Shown here: positions 24,765 through 35,485 of the stretch, in pieces
How the letters are laid out: every line of letters begins with the position of its first letter
Position numbering within the stretch: position 1 is the stretch's first letter
DNA from: Polyangiaceae bacterium
Lineage (GTDB): Bacteria; Myxococcota_A; Polyangia; Polyangiales; Polyangiaceae
Direction of reading: 5' to 3'
Assembly: GCA_044376115.1 (NCBI GenBank)
Contig: JBILLK010000028.1
Span: forward strand, 75,484 to 139,483
Length of the DNA: 64,000 bases
Position numbers and translations under genes: made by a program
The notes under the pieces: model-generated
Database searches by the model: none
What the model was told of the DNA's origin: nothing
Seen by the model: only the letters and a program-made list of their open reading frames with translations

Positions 24765-26093
24765 TCAGCGGTCGATGCCGTGCCGCTCGAGTAGCCGATG
24801 CAGAAATTGCCGTGAGACGCCCATCGCCTCGGCCGCGCGAGAGACGTTACCGTTGTGCTCGGCCAAGCGACTCGTCAGGTACTGCTGTTCAAACTGCTCC
24901 ACCACGAGATCCCGCGCTTCACGTAGCGGAAGATGCATCACGCTTGGCTGCGCCGCGGGCTGCGCCGTGGCAGTGGGCATGGCGTCAAAGCCAGGCCGCT
25001 CCGGAAACAACATCAAACGCGTGATCGTGTTGCGCAGCTCACGAACGTTGCCGGGCCACTGATGGTTGCGCAGCATCGCAAGCGTGTTGGGCGGCAGATC
25101 CGCCAGCGTGCGGGGCGGGCTTTGCGACGCCAAGAAGTGTTCGACCAAGAGCTCGATGTCTTCCGGCCGCTCGCGGAGCGGCGGCACCGCACCTTCAACC
25201 ACGGCCAGCCGGTAGTAGAGGTCCATGCGGAACGTACCGGTCGCGACGCGCGCCCGGAGATCGCGATGGGTGGCCGCAACGATGCGCACATCGATCGGCG
25301 TCCACTCGACGCTACCCACCCTGCGGATGTGACGGCTCTCGATCGCCCGCAGCAGCTTCGGCTGCAAATCAAGCGGAAGTTCACCGAGCTCATCGATGAA
25401 GACGGTGCCTCCGCGAGCCTGCTCGAACAGCCCAGGCGTATTGTTGTTGGCCCCGGTGAACGCGCCCTTCACGTAGCCGAAGAGTTCGGCCTCGACCAAG
25501 GTCGGCACCACCGCCGAGCAGTCGAACACGGCGAAGGGACCGGAGGCGCGCGGGCTCGCATCGTGAATCGCCCGCGCCAAAAGCTCCTTCCCGGTGCCCG
25601 ATTCACCCAAAAGCAGCACCGTTTCATGGGTCAACGCAGCGCGCTGCAACAGCGCAAACAAGGCTCGCATCTGCAAGCTTGCGCCGAGCGCAGCGCCAAA
25701 ACTTTGCCCGCGCGAGAGCGCCAAGGTCTGCTTGGCCGACGCGATCTCCATCCGCAACTTGGTGGAGCCAAGCGTGATATCGCTTCTCGAATCAATGTAG
25801 GCAGCACCGATGCGGACCCGGTCGACGAACGTGCCGTTCTTGCTGTCGAGGTCGCGCAGCATCACGCCTTTGGGCGTATGGACGATCATCGCGTGCCGCC
25901 GAGAAACCCTTGGATCGTCGGTGGTAAGGTCACATTCTGCGTCGCTGCCAATCAAAACCGGGCCGAGCCCGAGCGCTACTTCGGCCCGCGCGCCGGAGGG
26001 TGCCTGCAGCTGGAGCCGCACTCCCGGAAGCTCGACAGCATCTACACGGATGTCGGTTAGGGTGAGACCTGGATGAGATCCGCGTCGTTCCAA
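24765..26093 (-). CDS. Sigma54-dependent enhancer-binding protein with N-terminal FHA domain
   Basis: FHA motifs ([13 protein letters not shown]). Walker [34 protein letters not shown] and a Fis-type HTH (GNVSRAA). Exact start uncertain. Confidence 0.95.
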   Translation of the reverse strand: MERRGSHPGLTLTDIRVDAVELPGVRLQLQAPSGARAEVALGLGPVLIGSDAECDLTTDDPRVSRRHAMIVHTPKGVMLRDLDSKNGTFVDRVRIGAAYIDSRSDITLGSTKLRMEIASAKQTLALSRGQSFGAALGASLQMRALFALLQRAALTHETVLLLGESGTGKELLARAIHDASPRASGPFAVFDCSAVVPTLVEAELFGYVKGAFTGANNNTPGLFEQARGGTVFIDELGELPLDLQPKLLRAIESRHIRRVGSVEWTPIDVRIVAATHRDLRARVATGTFRMDLYYRLAVVEGAVPPLRERPEDIELLVEHFLASQSPPRTLADLPPNTLAMLRNHQWPGNVRELRNTITRLMLFPERPGFDAMPTATAQPAAQPSVMHLPLREARDLVVEQFEQQYLTSRLAEHNGNVSRAAEAMGVSRQFLHRLLERHGIDR

Positions 26094-26134
26094 GGTGTTT
26101 CGCGTCGGTCGCTGCGACTATCGTAGGAGATCGG

Positions 26135-27739
26135 TTGGAGCCCATCAAGCCGGAGCTTGTCGTTGATCGCTACTCGCTGTTCCGCGTGATCGGCGCCGGT
26201 GGCATGGCGTCGGTCTATCTTGGACGGCAGAGCGGGAGCGCCGGGTTCTTTCGCTACGTGGCGATCAAACGGCTCCATCCTCAATATGCGACGAACCCCG
26301 AGTTCGTAGCGATGTTCTTGGATGAGGCTCGGCTTGCTTCGCACGTTCGGGATCGTCACGTCGTTGAGACCTTGGACGTGGTCGAGTCGGGGAGCGAGAT
26401 CCTGATGGTGATGGAGCTGGTTCAAGGCTCCACCCTGACCCATCTGCTTCGCACGGCTCGCACAAATGGTGAGCGACTGCCGGTCGCGGTGAGCTGCGCC
26501 ATCGTCGTGGATCTGCTTCGCGGGCTCGAGGCGGCGCACAGCGCCGTGGGTCCTTCGGGAGAACCACTCGGCGTAATCCACCGCGACGTATCCCCGCACA
26601 ACGTAATGATCGGTGTCGATGGCGTTGCTCGAGTGCTCGATTTTGGGGTGGCGAAGGCCAACGGTCAGTATCACTCGACGCGTATGGGGGAAGTTCGCGG
26701 CAAGCCCGCCTACATGGCGCCGGAGCACCTGCAAACGGGGGCTACGCCTAAGTCGGACCTGTATTCAGCTGGCATCGTCTTGTGGGAGGCGCTCACCGGC
26801 CAACGGTTGTTCGCTGCCGAAACCGAGGCTGGGCTGATCGCTCAGGTACTGGCCCCACGCTGGCGCTCACCGCGAGAGCTCGCGCCCGAGATCCCCGCTG
26901 TACTCGAGGAGGTAGTCCGCCGTGCACTGCAGATCGACCCCGCACAACGCTTCCAGTCAGCCAAAGAAATGGCCTTCGCACTCGCGCTTGCCGTGGTGCC
27001 TGCAGCGCCGAGCGAGGTTGCCGCCACGGTCGAACGCTTGGCGAAGCAGCCCCTCGCCGAGCTGCGACAAACGCTGGTCACGCTCGAGTCGAAGTTAGGC
27101 CGCGCCCCGGTACCAAGCTTGTCTGGCTCCGGGTCAAACCCGCAGCGGCGCGTATCGACCGAAGCCGCGGCGCCAGCTCCTGCACGCCCCCACGATTCAC
27201 GCTGGCCGGGCTTTGCGCCCTCCCGCGGTGCGGGCGAAATCACCCTGACGGGCCCCTCCGTTCAGGAACCAGCGCCAATCGTCGTAGCCCCGCCAAAGGC
27301 GCGTTCGCGCCTCAACCTGTTGCTCGCGTTGCTGCTCGCTTCGGTCGCGGTGGGCGGGCTGCTTGGCGTCGTGATGGCCTCGCGAAGCAGCAGGGCCACG
27401 GCCAATCCCAGCGCCGCGCAATTCGACGCCGAACCAGCACTGCCCCAACCCAGCATGGAAGCCAGCGCGACCGCTACCAGCAGCGTGCTTGTGCCCTCGG
27501 TCGAAGCGAGCGCATCGGGGCTTGCCCCAGTCGAGCCGGCGGTCACAGCAAGTGCCAGCGCGCAGGTTGCCACCCTGCCGAGCGCCCATACGCCAGCAAC
27601 GTCGCCCCGTGTGCAACCCACCTCCACTGTGCCAACCTCCGCGCCAGTGCCAACCCCGAGCGACTGCGATCCGCCCTATGAAGTCGATCAGAATGGGGTC
27701 AAGCGGGTGAAGACGCGTTGCTTTAAAGTTCGCCCATGA
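26135..27739 (+). CDS. Membrane Ser/Thr protein kinase
   Basis: GAGGMASV, VAIK, HRDVSPHN, DFG and YMAPE motifs. TM helix, then a C-terminal CDPPY...K..C tail. AGGAGA SD before TTG. Confidence 0.93.
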   Translation: MEPIKPELVVDRYSLFRVIGAGGMASVYLGRQSGSAGFFRYVAIKRLHPQYATNPEFVAMFLDEARLASHVRDRHVVETLDVVESGSEILMVMELVQGSTLTHLLRTARTNGERLPVAVSCAIVVDLLRGLEAAHSAVGPSGEPLGVIHRDVSPHNVMIGVDGVARVLDFGVAKANGQYHSTRMGEVRGKPAYMAPEHLQTGATPKSDLYSAGIVLWEALTGQRLFAAETEAGLIAQVLAPRWRSPRELAPEIPAVLEEVVRRALQIDPAQRFQSAKEMAFALALAVVPAAPSEVAATVERLAKQPLAELRQTLVTLESKLGRAPVPSLSGSGSNPQRRVSTEAAAPAPARPHDSRWPGFAPSRGAGEITLTGPSVQEPAPIVVAPPKARSRLNLLLALLLASVAVGGLLGVVMASRSSRATANPSAAQFDAEPALPQPSMEASATATSSVLVPSVEASASGLAPVEPAVTASASAQVATLPSAHTPATSPRVQPTSTVPTSAPVPTPSDCDPPYEVDQNGVKRVKTRCFKVRP

Positions 27740-28536
27740 GTCTGGTTTGGCGTTACTCGATTCTCGGCATCGGTTCGCTGTTCGCAGCTGGTGTTGCTGC
27801 TCGAGAGGCGCCCGCTCAAGAAGTCACGCAAACCTGTATTCGTTCGTTCGAGCAAGCCGGGGAGCAGCGCAAGATCTTTCAGGATTACGTGCGCGCTCGA
27901 GCCGAAGCGCTGCGTTGCAGTGAGACCTGTCCGGCGCAGTTGGCCTTCGAGTGCAGAACGTGGATGGCGCAAGACGCAACCAAAGTGGCGCACCTCGAGC
28001 TGAGCTCGACGCTGCCGTTTGCTTCGCTCACGGTAAAGCTCGACGGCGTCGTGCTAACCACACCCCTGTCCGAGGTAAATCCCGGCATCCACCGCGTGGA
28101 GGCCGTCGCCGACGGCTATGAGCCGCTGCAGATCGAACTGATGCTCGCAGAAGGTCAACGCGCAAAGCAGCAGCTCGCGTTCGTCGCGGCCACGCCCAAA
28201 GTGGTCCCCGAGAAGGAAGCTCGCGAGCTCTCGGTCCCCGGCATCATCATTGGTTCTATTGGCTTGAGCAGCTTGGCAGCGGCCGGGATCCTTGCCGGGC
28301 TCGGGCACCTCGAGGCGAGCCGTTTACGCGAGGAGTGCGCGCCCAATTGCTTGGCAAGCGACGTGAGCTTGATCGAGCGTGAGTGGATTGCCAGCGGGGT
28401 TTTGGCTGGCGTCGGGCTCGCAGGGATGATCGCCGGCGGCGTCCTTGTCGGGATGAGCTTTGGCGAGGAGTCGACAACAGCGTCGTTGCAGCTAGCGCCA
28501 GGCAAGGCGGAGCTAGTCCTCGCCACTTCCTTCTAG
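27736..28536 (+). CDS. Exported PEGA-like domain protein
   Basis: Signal peptide, Cys-containing helical region, V.LDG...VNPGIHRVEAVADGY and a C-terminal hydrophobic hairpin. ATGA overlap. Confidence 0.75.
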   Translation: MSLVWRYSILGIGSLFAAGVAAREAPAQEVTQTCIRSFEQAGEQRKIFQDYVRARAEALRCSETCPAQLAFECRTWMAQDATKVAHLELSSTLPFASLTVKLDGVVLTTPLSEVNPGIHRVEAVADGYEPLQIELMLAEGQRAKQQLAFVAATPKVVPEKEARELSVPGIIIGSIGLSSLAAAGILAGLGHLEASRLREECAPNCLASDVSLIEREWIASGVLAGVGLAGMIAGGVLVGMSFGEESTTASLQLAPGKAELVLATSF

Positions 28537-28545
28537 AGGTTAGCT

Positions 28546-30366
28546 ATGGCTTCTCCTGGTGTGGTTTGCGATCGTTTGAACCTGCGGCATCTACTGCTTC
28601 TTGGCGCAATTGGAGTTAGCGCTTGCGACCTCTCCGATCTAACGGACGGCAAGAGCGGTGGAGGCGGCACGGGCGGTACGGGCGGTAACCAAGCTGGTGG
28701 TGGAAGCGGTGGTACGGGTGGTGGCGGCAACGGCGCTGGTGGAGCCTCGACGGGTGGCGGCGGCACGGGCGGCACGGGCGGCACGGGCGGCGACCCAACC
28801 TGCGAGTCAGGGTCTCCCTTCGAGTGGATGATTGCGATCGGCAATGAGGAGTCCCAAGCGGTCAGCGTGACCGACGACGCACCGACCAATACGCTCCCTT
28901 CGAGCATTCGCGTCGCCGAGGTACCAGCAGCGCTCGGAGGCGGCTTCATCACAGTGATGCTCACCACCGGCGTGCTCGACTTGGCAGGGCCGGTCGGCGT
29001 AGACGGTGCTCGCTCAATCTTCGTCGTCCACTTTTCAGCGGCCGGCGAAGTGATCGCTGCCAAAGCGCACACACAGCCGGTCGAACAAGTTGAGCTCCCG
29101 GATCAGGCCCGCTCGATCGATGACATCGTCGTCCACGAGACGGGGCGCGTGTTCGTGGTTGGACGGGCGGGCTTTCTACCCCTCACGTTGAGCAGCCCTG
29201 ACGCACCGATCGAGCTTCTCACGGACGGCATGCACGATGACGCCTTCTTGGCGGCGTTCGACCTAAGCGGCAATGCCCTGGAGGCTGTTCGGCTGGTGAG
29301 CACTGGCGCGCTAGCGGCGAGCGACGAACTCAAGGGCGCTGTGCAAGCACGCGGACTGGTGGCACTCGACGGGGAGATAGGGGTGGTTGGGTACTACCAC
29401 CGCGGGCTGAGCTTCATCGACGGGGCTGGCCAAGCGCTGCCCTTGTGTCCCGCGCTCCCGACGGCGAACGGAACGAAGAACGGCTTCATCATGATGTTAC
29501 CCGCGCAAGCGCCGCTCTCCGGTTGCTCGCGCGCGCGCGCGTTCGTCGGAACCGGGGACGTGCGCATCTCGCCAACGAGTGTCACGGCGAGCGACTCGCA
29601 GCTCCTCCTTGCCGCTGATTTCGATGTGCGTACGAACAGCAATTCGGTCGAGCAACAGCTGACGCTCAACACCTCTCCAGCGTGGGTACTCGATTCAGCG
29701 GTGGACGATCACTTCAGCGAGGCGATGGTGATCGCTCTGGAGCAAACGATGCTGACGCCAGAATGGGTCTCCCTGATCGAGACCAGCGGCGGCGTCAACG
29801 ACCACGCTGCTGCCGTTTCGGTCGATGAAGGTGGGACCATTTGGGTGGTGGGCAAGGGCGTATCGATCAACGATGTGAGCAATTCTATCGATGTCTCGCG
29901 CAAATTTCCGTCAGCAGCTCAGACTTGCACGCGCACAATCAATACGCTCAAGTCACGCGGCGTCATCACAGCGCTGAGTCCCACGGGCGACTGTCAGGCG
30001 GTGGTGGACTACGCCTACGAATCGTCGATCGAGAGTTCACTGGTTCTCAACGGCACACCTTGGTTTGGGGGCTACGCCACGACCAGCGCCTTTCCTCCTG
30101 GCCAGCTGGCGAGCTATGGCGCCGCTGGGCTCGATCCCTACGGCCTGTTGCTGAGCCCCACTCTGGAGCCAGCCAACATCAACGCCGCAGGCCTGCTGGT
30201 TGGCGGGCCCGGCCGAGTTCGCAGCTATGAGCTGAGCGCAGTGGGGGACAAAATCCTTATGGCCGGCATCATGAGCGAAGGCTTCCTCGACTTGCCCTGC
30301 CCCAGCGACGCTGCAGCGCAAGTCGATTTCTTCCTCGCGCTCTACGACCCCGCACAAGGGCCGTGA
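28546..30366 (+). CDS. Lipoprotein with Gly-rich linker and probable beta-propeller domain
   Basis: Lipobox VSAC, GGTGG repeats and repeated blade-like motifs (FVVHF, DAFLAAFD.SG, GFIM, WVVG). Confidence 0.75.
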   Translation: MASPGVVCDRLNLRHLLLLGAIGVSACDLSDLTDGKSGGGGTGGTGGNQAGGGSGGTGGGGNGAGGASTGGGGTGGTGGTGGDPTCESGSPFEWMIAIGNEESQAVSVTDDAPTNTLPSSIRVAEVPAALGGGFITVMLTTGVLDLAGPVGVDGARSIFVVHFSAAGEVIAAKAHTQPVEQVELPDQARSIDDIVVHETGRVFVVGRAGFLPLTLSSPDAPIELLTDGMHDDAFLAAFDLSGNALEAVRLVSTGALAASDELKGAVQARGLVALDGEIGVVGYYHRGLSFIDGAGQALPLCPALPTANGTKNGFIMMLPAQAPLSGCSRARAFVGTGDVRISPTSVTASDSQLLLAADFDVRTNSNSVEQQLTLNTSPAWVLDSAVDDHFSEAMVIALEQTMLTPEWVSLIETSGGVNDHAAAVSVDEGGTIWVVGKGVSINDVSNSIDVSRKFPSAAQTCTRTINTLKSRGVITALSPTGDCQAVVDYAYESSIESSLVLNGTPWFGGYATTSAFPPGQLASYGAAGLDPYGLLLSPTLEPANINAAGLLVGGPGRVRSYELSAVGDKILMAGIMSEGFLDLPCPSDAAAQVDFFLALYDPAQGP

Positions 30367-30368
30367 AC

Positions 30369-31442
30369 TCAGATTCGGCTGGCCAAGAGCTCACGAACGA
30401 ACGCTGACGCGGCCTTGGTTCCGAGCTCTCCACCAACGTCACGCGTGCACTTGTGCGCGTCGAGCGCCTCGGTGATCGCCGCCTCAATCAGCGGCTCGAA
30501 CTTGGCGTGACCGAGATGGGTCATCATCATCCCCACCGTCAAAAACGAGGCGAACGGGTTGGCGACGTCTTTGCCCGCGAGCGGCGGAGCAGAGCCATGC
30601 ACCGGCTCGAACAAGGCCACGCGCTGCGTATCCGAACCATGCACGTTGGCGCTCGCGGCCATGCCGAGACCACCCTGCAACGCTGCGCCGAGATCCGTCA
30701 CGATGTCGCCGAACAAGTTGTTCGTCACCACCACGTCGAACTGCGTCGGGTCTTGGATCATGAACAGACACAGCGCATCCACGTACACGTGACGAGCCTC
30801 GATCGCCGGGTACTCTTTGGCGACTTCTTGGAACGTCCTCAGCCAAAGCTCGTGCGCAAAGCGCATCGCGTTCGACTTGTCGGCCATGCACACGCGCTTC
30901 TTGCCGTTCTTGGTCGCCCACTCGAACGCCGCGCGAATGATCCGCTCCACGCCTTTGCGCGTGTTGACGTCCTCGTTGATGCCGATCTCGTCGGCGGTGC
31001 CCTTCTTGAACTGGCCACCAAACCCGACGTAGACGCCCTCGGTGTTCTCACGAAAGACCACGATGTCGATGTCCTTCGCCAGGCGCCCTTTGAGCGGCAC
31101 CAACCGATCCGAAAGCACGCGAACCGGCCGCACATTGGCGAACAAATCGTAGCCGAAGCGCATGCCAAACAGGATGTCGCGCGCGTGCTCGAGCCCGGGG
31201 ACGCGCGGATCTCCGAGCGCGCCGAGCAACACCGCTCGACACTCATTGCGCAGCTGATCGGCGATCGCTTGAGGGAAGGTCGTGCCGTCCCTCAAGTAGC
31301 GATCCGCGCCGAGATCGAGATCGAGAAAATCCAGAGATACGCCACCCTTGTCACGGAGCAGCTCCAGCAAAAGCCTCGCTTCACGAATGACTTCGGGACC
31401 GATGCCGTCTCCGCCGAGGATGGCGATCTTCTGGGTGGTCAT
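30369..31442 (-). CDS. Isocitrate/isopropylmalate dehydrogenase family enzyme (LeuB-like)
   Basis: GDGIGPEV, FRENTEG, NLFGDIVTD and FEPVHGSAP..AGK..ANP motifs. Confidence 0.9.
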   Translation of the reverse strand: MTTQKIAILGGDGIGPEVIREARLLLELLRDKGGVSLDFLDLDLGADRYLRDGTTFPQAIADQLRNECRAVLLGALGDPRVPGLEHARDILFGMRFGYDLFANVRPVRVLSDRLVPLKGRLAKDIDIVVFRENTEGVYVGFGGQFKKGTADEIGINEDVNTRKGVERIIRAAFEWATKNGKKRVCMADKSNAMRFAHELWLRTFQEVAKEYPAIEARHVYVDALCLFMIQDPTQFDVVVTNNLFGDIVTDLGAALQGGLGMAASANVHGSDTQRVALFEPVHGSAPPLAGKDVANPFASFLTVGMMMTHLGHAKFEPLIEAAITEALDAHKCTRDVGGELGTKAASAFVRELLASRI

Positions 31443-31445
31443 CGC

Positions 31446-32558
31446 TCAGCCGAGCGCCTTTTCAATCGCCACGTACTCGAGGCCGTGCGCGTCCGCGACG
31501 CCCTTGTAGGTGCAAGCGCCACCGAAGGTGTTGAGCCCGAGGAGGAGCGCTCGGTCGGCCTTGGCAGCCGCCACGACGCCCTGGTTCGCCAACTTGATGG
31601 CATAGGCCATGGTGGTGTTGGTGAGTGCCCACGTGCTGGTGTTGGGGACCGCGCCGGGCATGTTGGCCACGCAGTAGTGAACGACGCCGTCGACCTCGAA
31701 GGTCGGGTTGTCATGAGTGGTCGGTCGGCAGGTCTCGATGCAACCACCCTGATCCACGGCGACGTCCACAACGACGCTGCCCTTTTCCATTCGCGGCAGG
31801 AGCGCGCGCGGCACGAGCGTGGGAGCCTTCGCTCCGGCGACGAGGACGGCGCCGATCACGAGGTCGGCCTGTTCCACGCAGCGCTCGATGTTGTCGGGGT
31901 TCGAGTAGAGCGTCTCGATGGCGCCACCGAACACGTCCTCGAGGTACGCCATCACGTCGGCGCGGACGTCGAGGAGCGTGACCTGCGCGCCCATGCCCAC
32001 GGCGATGGTTGCAGCGTTCTTACCAACGACGCCGCCGCCCAAGATCACCACGCGACCGCGACGCGTACCGGGCACGCCACCGAGCAGCACACCCTTACCG
32101 CCGTGCTCTTTCTCGAGGCAGCTGGCACCGACCTGCACCGCCATGCGCCCTGCAACCTCACTCATCGGCTTGAGCAGCGGCAGCGTGTGATCGGGCAGCT
32201 CGATCGTCTCGTAGGCGACGCCCGCCACGCCCGTTCGCACGAGCTCCTTGGTCAGCTCGGCCTCGGCAGCGAGATGGAGGTACGTGTACAGGATGAGGTC
32301 CTTGCGGAAGAAGCCGTACTCGGCCTTGAGCGGCTCCTTCACCTTGACGACCATCTGTGCGGCCCAGGCATCTGCTGCGCTGCTCACGATGGTTGCGCCG
32401 GCCTTCACGTAGGCCTCGTCGGAGATGCCGCTGCCTTCACCGGCCGACTTCTCGACGACGACTTTGTGGCCGTGCTGCACGAGGGAGCGAACACCGGCCG
32501 GGGTCATGCCAACGCGGTACTCTCTAGTCTTGATTTCCTTGGGAACTCCGATGAGCAC
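31446..32558 (-). CDS. ald: Alanine dehydrogenase
   Basis: [39 protein letters not shown] and [18 protein letters not shown]. Confidence 0.97.
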   Translation of the reverse strand: MLIGVPKEIKTREYRVGMTPAGVRSLVQHGHKVVVEKSAGEGSGISDEAYVKAGATIVSSAADAWAAQMVVKVKEPLKAEYGFFRKDLILYTYLHLAAEAELTKELVRTGVAGVAYETIELPDHTLPLLKPMSEVAGRMAVQVGASCLEKEHGGKGVLLGGVPGTRRGRVVILGGGVVGKNAATIAVGMGAQVTLLDVRADVMAYLEDVFGGAIETLYSNPDNIERCVEQADLVIGAVLVAGAKAPTLVPRALLPRMEKGSVVVDVAVDQGGCIETCRPTTHDNPTFEVDGVVHYCVANMPGAVPNTSTWALTNTTMAYAIKLANQGVVAAAKADRALLLGLNTFGGACTYKGVADAHGLEYVAIEKALG

Positions 32559-32737
32559 GGTGAACTCCTTCGTGGGTGGCCTCGCGAGAAGGCGACACAG
32601 ATATCTAATGGCGGTTGAGAAACGTCAGACGCTTTGCCCGACGGCGCGGACCATACCAGAAGTGCACGCGAGCGAGACGCCTGCGTGGGCGCCTTCGTTG
32701 CGATCTACGCCGCAGCGCGTCGCGACCGCGAACCTGG

Positions 32738-33427
32738 CTAGCGGGTTCGGATCCCGCCCAGCAAGATCTCAGAAATCAGCCACTTTCGACGCTCCAACGA
32801 GGCCCCGCCGTGTTCCTCCGGGAGCAGGATCCCGAGCACTGGCGCATCCACGATGGGGTAGAGAATCAACGACAGCCCGGCTCGCACCATTTCACTCGGC
32901 TGGACATCGGAGCGCAGCTCACCCGTCCCTTGGAGGTTGGTGGTGATCTCCACCACCGCAGAGAGCAGCGCGTGCGTCCGCTCCTGAATGATGCTCACCA
33001 GCGTGCCCGCCCCCGCGAGCACCTCACTGCGCATGATCGCCAGCAGTTTCTGGTGGGCTGCGGAGAAGTCCACCATCACGTCAACGAAACCACGGACGAT
33101 CCCTTCCACGTCGCGCTTGGTCTCGAGCACGTGCCAGGAGGCCGTGGACATCTGATCCACGGCGCGCTTCACCACGGCCTCATAAAGCCCGTGCTTGTCG
33201 GCGAAATAATGATGAATCAGCGCTGGCTGAACCTGCGCACCCACTGCGATCTCACGCAGCCGGGCACCCGCAAAACCGTGGGCCGCAAACTCGGCCTCGG
33301 CTGCGTCTAGAATCCGCTCTTGGGTGAGCGCCGAGCTTCTCTCGCGCTTAGGCGCTGGACCCCGGGCGCTCTGCTGAGCTTCCAGCGTGCGCTTGTCGTC
33401 GTCGTCGTCGCTTTCAGGCGGTGGCAT
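32738..33427 (-). CDS. TetR/AcrR family transcriptional regulator
   Basis: ERILDAA..EFA.HGF.GARLREIA...V.PALIHHYF.DK helix-turn-helix. Confidence 0.92.
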   Translation of the reverse strand: MPPPESDDDDDKRTLEAQQSARGPAPKRERSSALTQERILDAAEAEFAAHGFAGARLREIAVGAQVQPALIHHYFADKHGLYEAVVKRAVDQMSTASWHVLETKRDVEGIVRGFVDVMVDFSAAHQKLLAIMRSEVLAGAGTLVSIIQERTHALLSAVVEITTNLQGTGELRSDVQPSEMVRAGLSLILYPIVDAPVLGILLPEEHGGASLERRKWLISEILLGGIRTR

Positions 33428-34457
33428 CCCACGTTTCGTACTGAATCACGCGCAACTCTTCAAAGCCCTTCCGCACTTTGGGCGTAAGAAGTCCAAGCCG
33501 CTTAACATTTGGCACGATTTTGGAGAACAGCAGAGTCTGAAAAGTCTGCATGATCGGGCTATTTCGCACCGCGTCGAGGCAGTCGGCCACCGGCAACCCG
33601 AGATTCTCCCAAACCTCTTGCATGAGAAAGCGATCTCGCATTAGGCGCGAGGCCTCGATGATGAACTCCTCCCGGTCGCGCAGCTCCGACTCGGACATGT
33701 CGTCGTAGACCCCGCGCAAGGAGAGGACGCCAAACGCAACATGGCGCGACTCATCGAGCATGATGCGATGAACGATGTCGCGGATCAGCGGCTCGTTCGA
33801 GGTCTGGGAGATGATGCCAAACGCGGCGAGCGCCAAGCCCTCTACCATGATCTGCATGCCCAAGAACTTCAGGTCCCAGCGGGTTTCACGCAGGATCTCG
33901 TCGAGCAGTTGCTTGAGGTGCGGCGAGACCGGGTACGTCAGCTCGATCTTCTCACGCAAGTAACGCTCATAGGCCTCGACGTGCCGCGCCTCATCCATCA
34001 CCTGCGAAGCGGCGTAGAGCTTGGCCTCGGCGTCAGGCACCGAGCACACGATCTGCGACGTGGCGAGCAATGCACCCTGCTCACCGTGCAGGAAGTTCGA
34101 CAACAAGTAGGAGGACGCGTGCCGCCGAACTTCGGGCAACTCACGCTTGGAGAGCCGGTTCCACACGTCCGTCCCGAAGATCGGGATGAACTGATCCGGC
34201 ACATTCTCCGCCTGAGGATCCACCGGCGTTCCCCACGCAAGCTCGGTCTTGGCGTTCCACTGATGGTCCTTCGCCTTCTCGTAGAGCGCTCGCAGATCAG
34301 CGCGGCCGTCGTAGCCCAGCGTGAAAGCCGTATCCAACTCGGAGCGAAGCCAGTCCACCCCAACAGGCTCCGCATCGTTCTGAGCGCGCAGCGTTCGACG
34401 CGGTTCACTCGGGCGGGGAACGGGAATCGTTGGAACGAACTTCTCGGCTGCGCTCAT
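33414..34457 (-). CDS. Ferritin-like diiron protein (AurF-like)
   Basis: Two E...DExRH ligand sets: GEQGA / DEARH and VEGLA / DESRH. AGGAGG SD. Confidence 0.85.
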   Translation of the reverse strand: MSAAEKFVPTIPVPRPSEPRRTLRAQNDAEPVGVDWLRSELDTAFTLGYDGRADLRALYEKAKDHQWNAKTELAWGTPVDPQAENVPDQFIPIFGTDVWNRLSKRELPEVRRHASSYLLSNFLHGEQGALLATSQIVCSVPDAEAKLYAASQVMDEARHVEAYERYLREKIELTYPVSPHLKQLLDEILRETRWDLKFLGMQIMVEGLALAAFGIISQTSNEPLIRDIVHRIMLDESRHVAFGVLSLRGVYDDMSESELRDREEFIIEASRLMRDRFLMQEVWENLGLPVADCLDAVRNSPIMQTFQTLLFSKIVPNVKRLGLLTPKVRKGFEELRVIQYETWDATA

Positions 34458-34476
34458 GGTGCCTCCTGGTTTTTTA

Positions 34477-34528
34477 CTTTTTAGTTTATCAACTACCCAT
34501 TGGCAAGTTGCTGACTTTCTTTTTAGTT
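34477..34528 (-). promoter_or_regulatory. AT-rich promoter/operator of the diiron protein-TetR operon
   Basis: Imperfect palindrome CAACTacCCAtTGGcaAGTTG (34490-34510), flanked by the direct repeat CTTTTTAGTT (34477-86, 34519-28). Minus strand carries TGaTAAACT, resembling an extended -10. Confidence 0.6.
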
Positions 34529-34666
34529 AATTCCATGCGCCAGCTCGCGCCCTCGGGCGTTGGCTTGGACTGGCGCATCGGTGGCGCACCACGGCAATCA
34601 CCCGCCCAGCCAAGGCAGCCAGCGGGTCCCAATCGCGAAGATGGGTGGCTATAGCTGCCGCGCGGA

Positions 34667-35485
34667 TTAGCCGAGCTCAGCGACAAATGTGCGCCGCGCT
34701 GGGCCGAGCATCTGAACAGCTCCCTCCGGCGTGCAGCGGATGCTCAGCTCGCCACCGGGCAATTGGACGGTGGTGGGGTGATCGAACGCCAGCCTGCCGT
34801 CCAAAGCAGCAGCAAAGACGGTTGCACAAGCACCCGTCCCACACGCCTGCGTATAGCCAACCCCGCGTTCCCAAACGACCAGATCGATCGTGCTCTCGTC
34901 GCGAACCGTGGCGAACTCGACGTTGGTGAGCCCTTGCCGACTGTGCTCGAGCAGCACCGCCAACTCGTCACGATTCACTGCGGGAAAAGGCTCAAACAAG
35001 ATCGCGTGCGGGTTTCCGATATTGATGTCGCGCAAGCGTACCATTGCACCGAGCAAGGTGAGCTCTCGGACGCCCTCATCGCGAGCAGGCCCCATGCTCA
35101 CGCTCACGTTGAAGGCTTCTTCGCCGCGCTCGACGCGACAAAGCTTGAGGCCCGCTTCCGTCTCGACGCTGAACTCGGCGGGTGCACCGTGCGAAACAAG
35201 GAACGCGGCAACGCACCGCAGGCCGTTACCGCACATCTCAGGACGAGAACCATCAGCGTTGTAGACGAACATTTGCGCGACGCCGTTAGCGGCCGCCTTG
35301 ACCAGCAGCACGCCGTCCGCGCCAACGCCGCGATGCCGATCACACCACGCGCGAAAGCGTGACTGACGCTCCGCCTCCGCTTGCGCGTCGACGACCCATT
35401 CCGGCAACGCAGAAGCTTCGCGCGCGTCGAACACGACGAAGTCGTTACCGAGACCTTCCCACTTTTCGATTCGAAGACGACTCAT
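34667..35485 (-). CDS. dapF: Diaminopimelate epimerase
   Basis: K.EGLGNDF, GVGADG, NADGS..EMCGNG.RC, GNPH and WERGVG.TQACGTG. Confidence 0.96.
   Translation of the reverse strand: MSRLRIEKWEGLGNDFVVFDAREASALPEWVVDAQAEAERQSRFRAWCDRHRGVGADGVLLVKAAANGVAQMFVYNADGSRPEMCGNGLRCVAAFLVSHGAPAEFSVETEAGLKLCRVERGEEAFNVSVSMGPARDEGVRELTLLGAMVRLRDINIGNPHAILFEPFPAVNRDELAVLLEHSRQGLTNVEFATVRDESTIDLVVWERGVGYTQACGTGACATVFAAALDGRLAFDHPTTVQLPGGELSIRCTPEGAVQMLGPARRTFVAELG

Noticed and set aside
30453..32618. 721-aa + strand ORF
   Set aside because: Antisense shadow of ald and the LeuB-like gene, typical of high-GC codon bias. The same applies to most long overlapping ORFs in the track.
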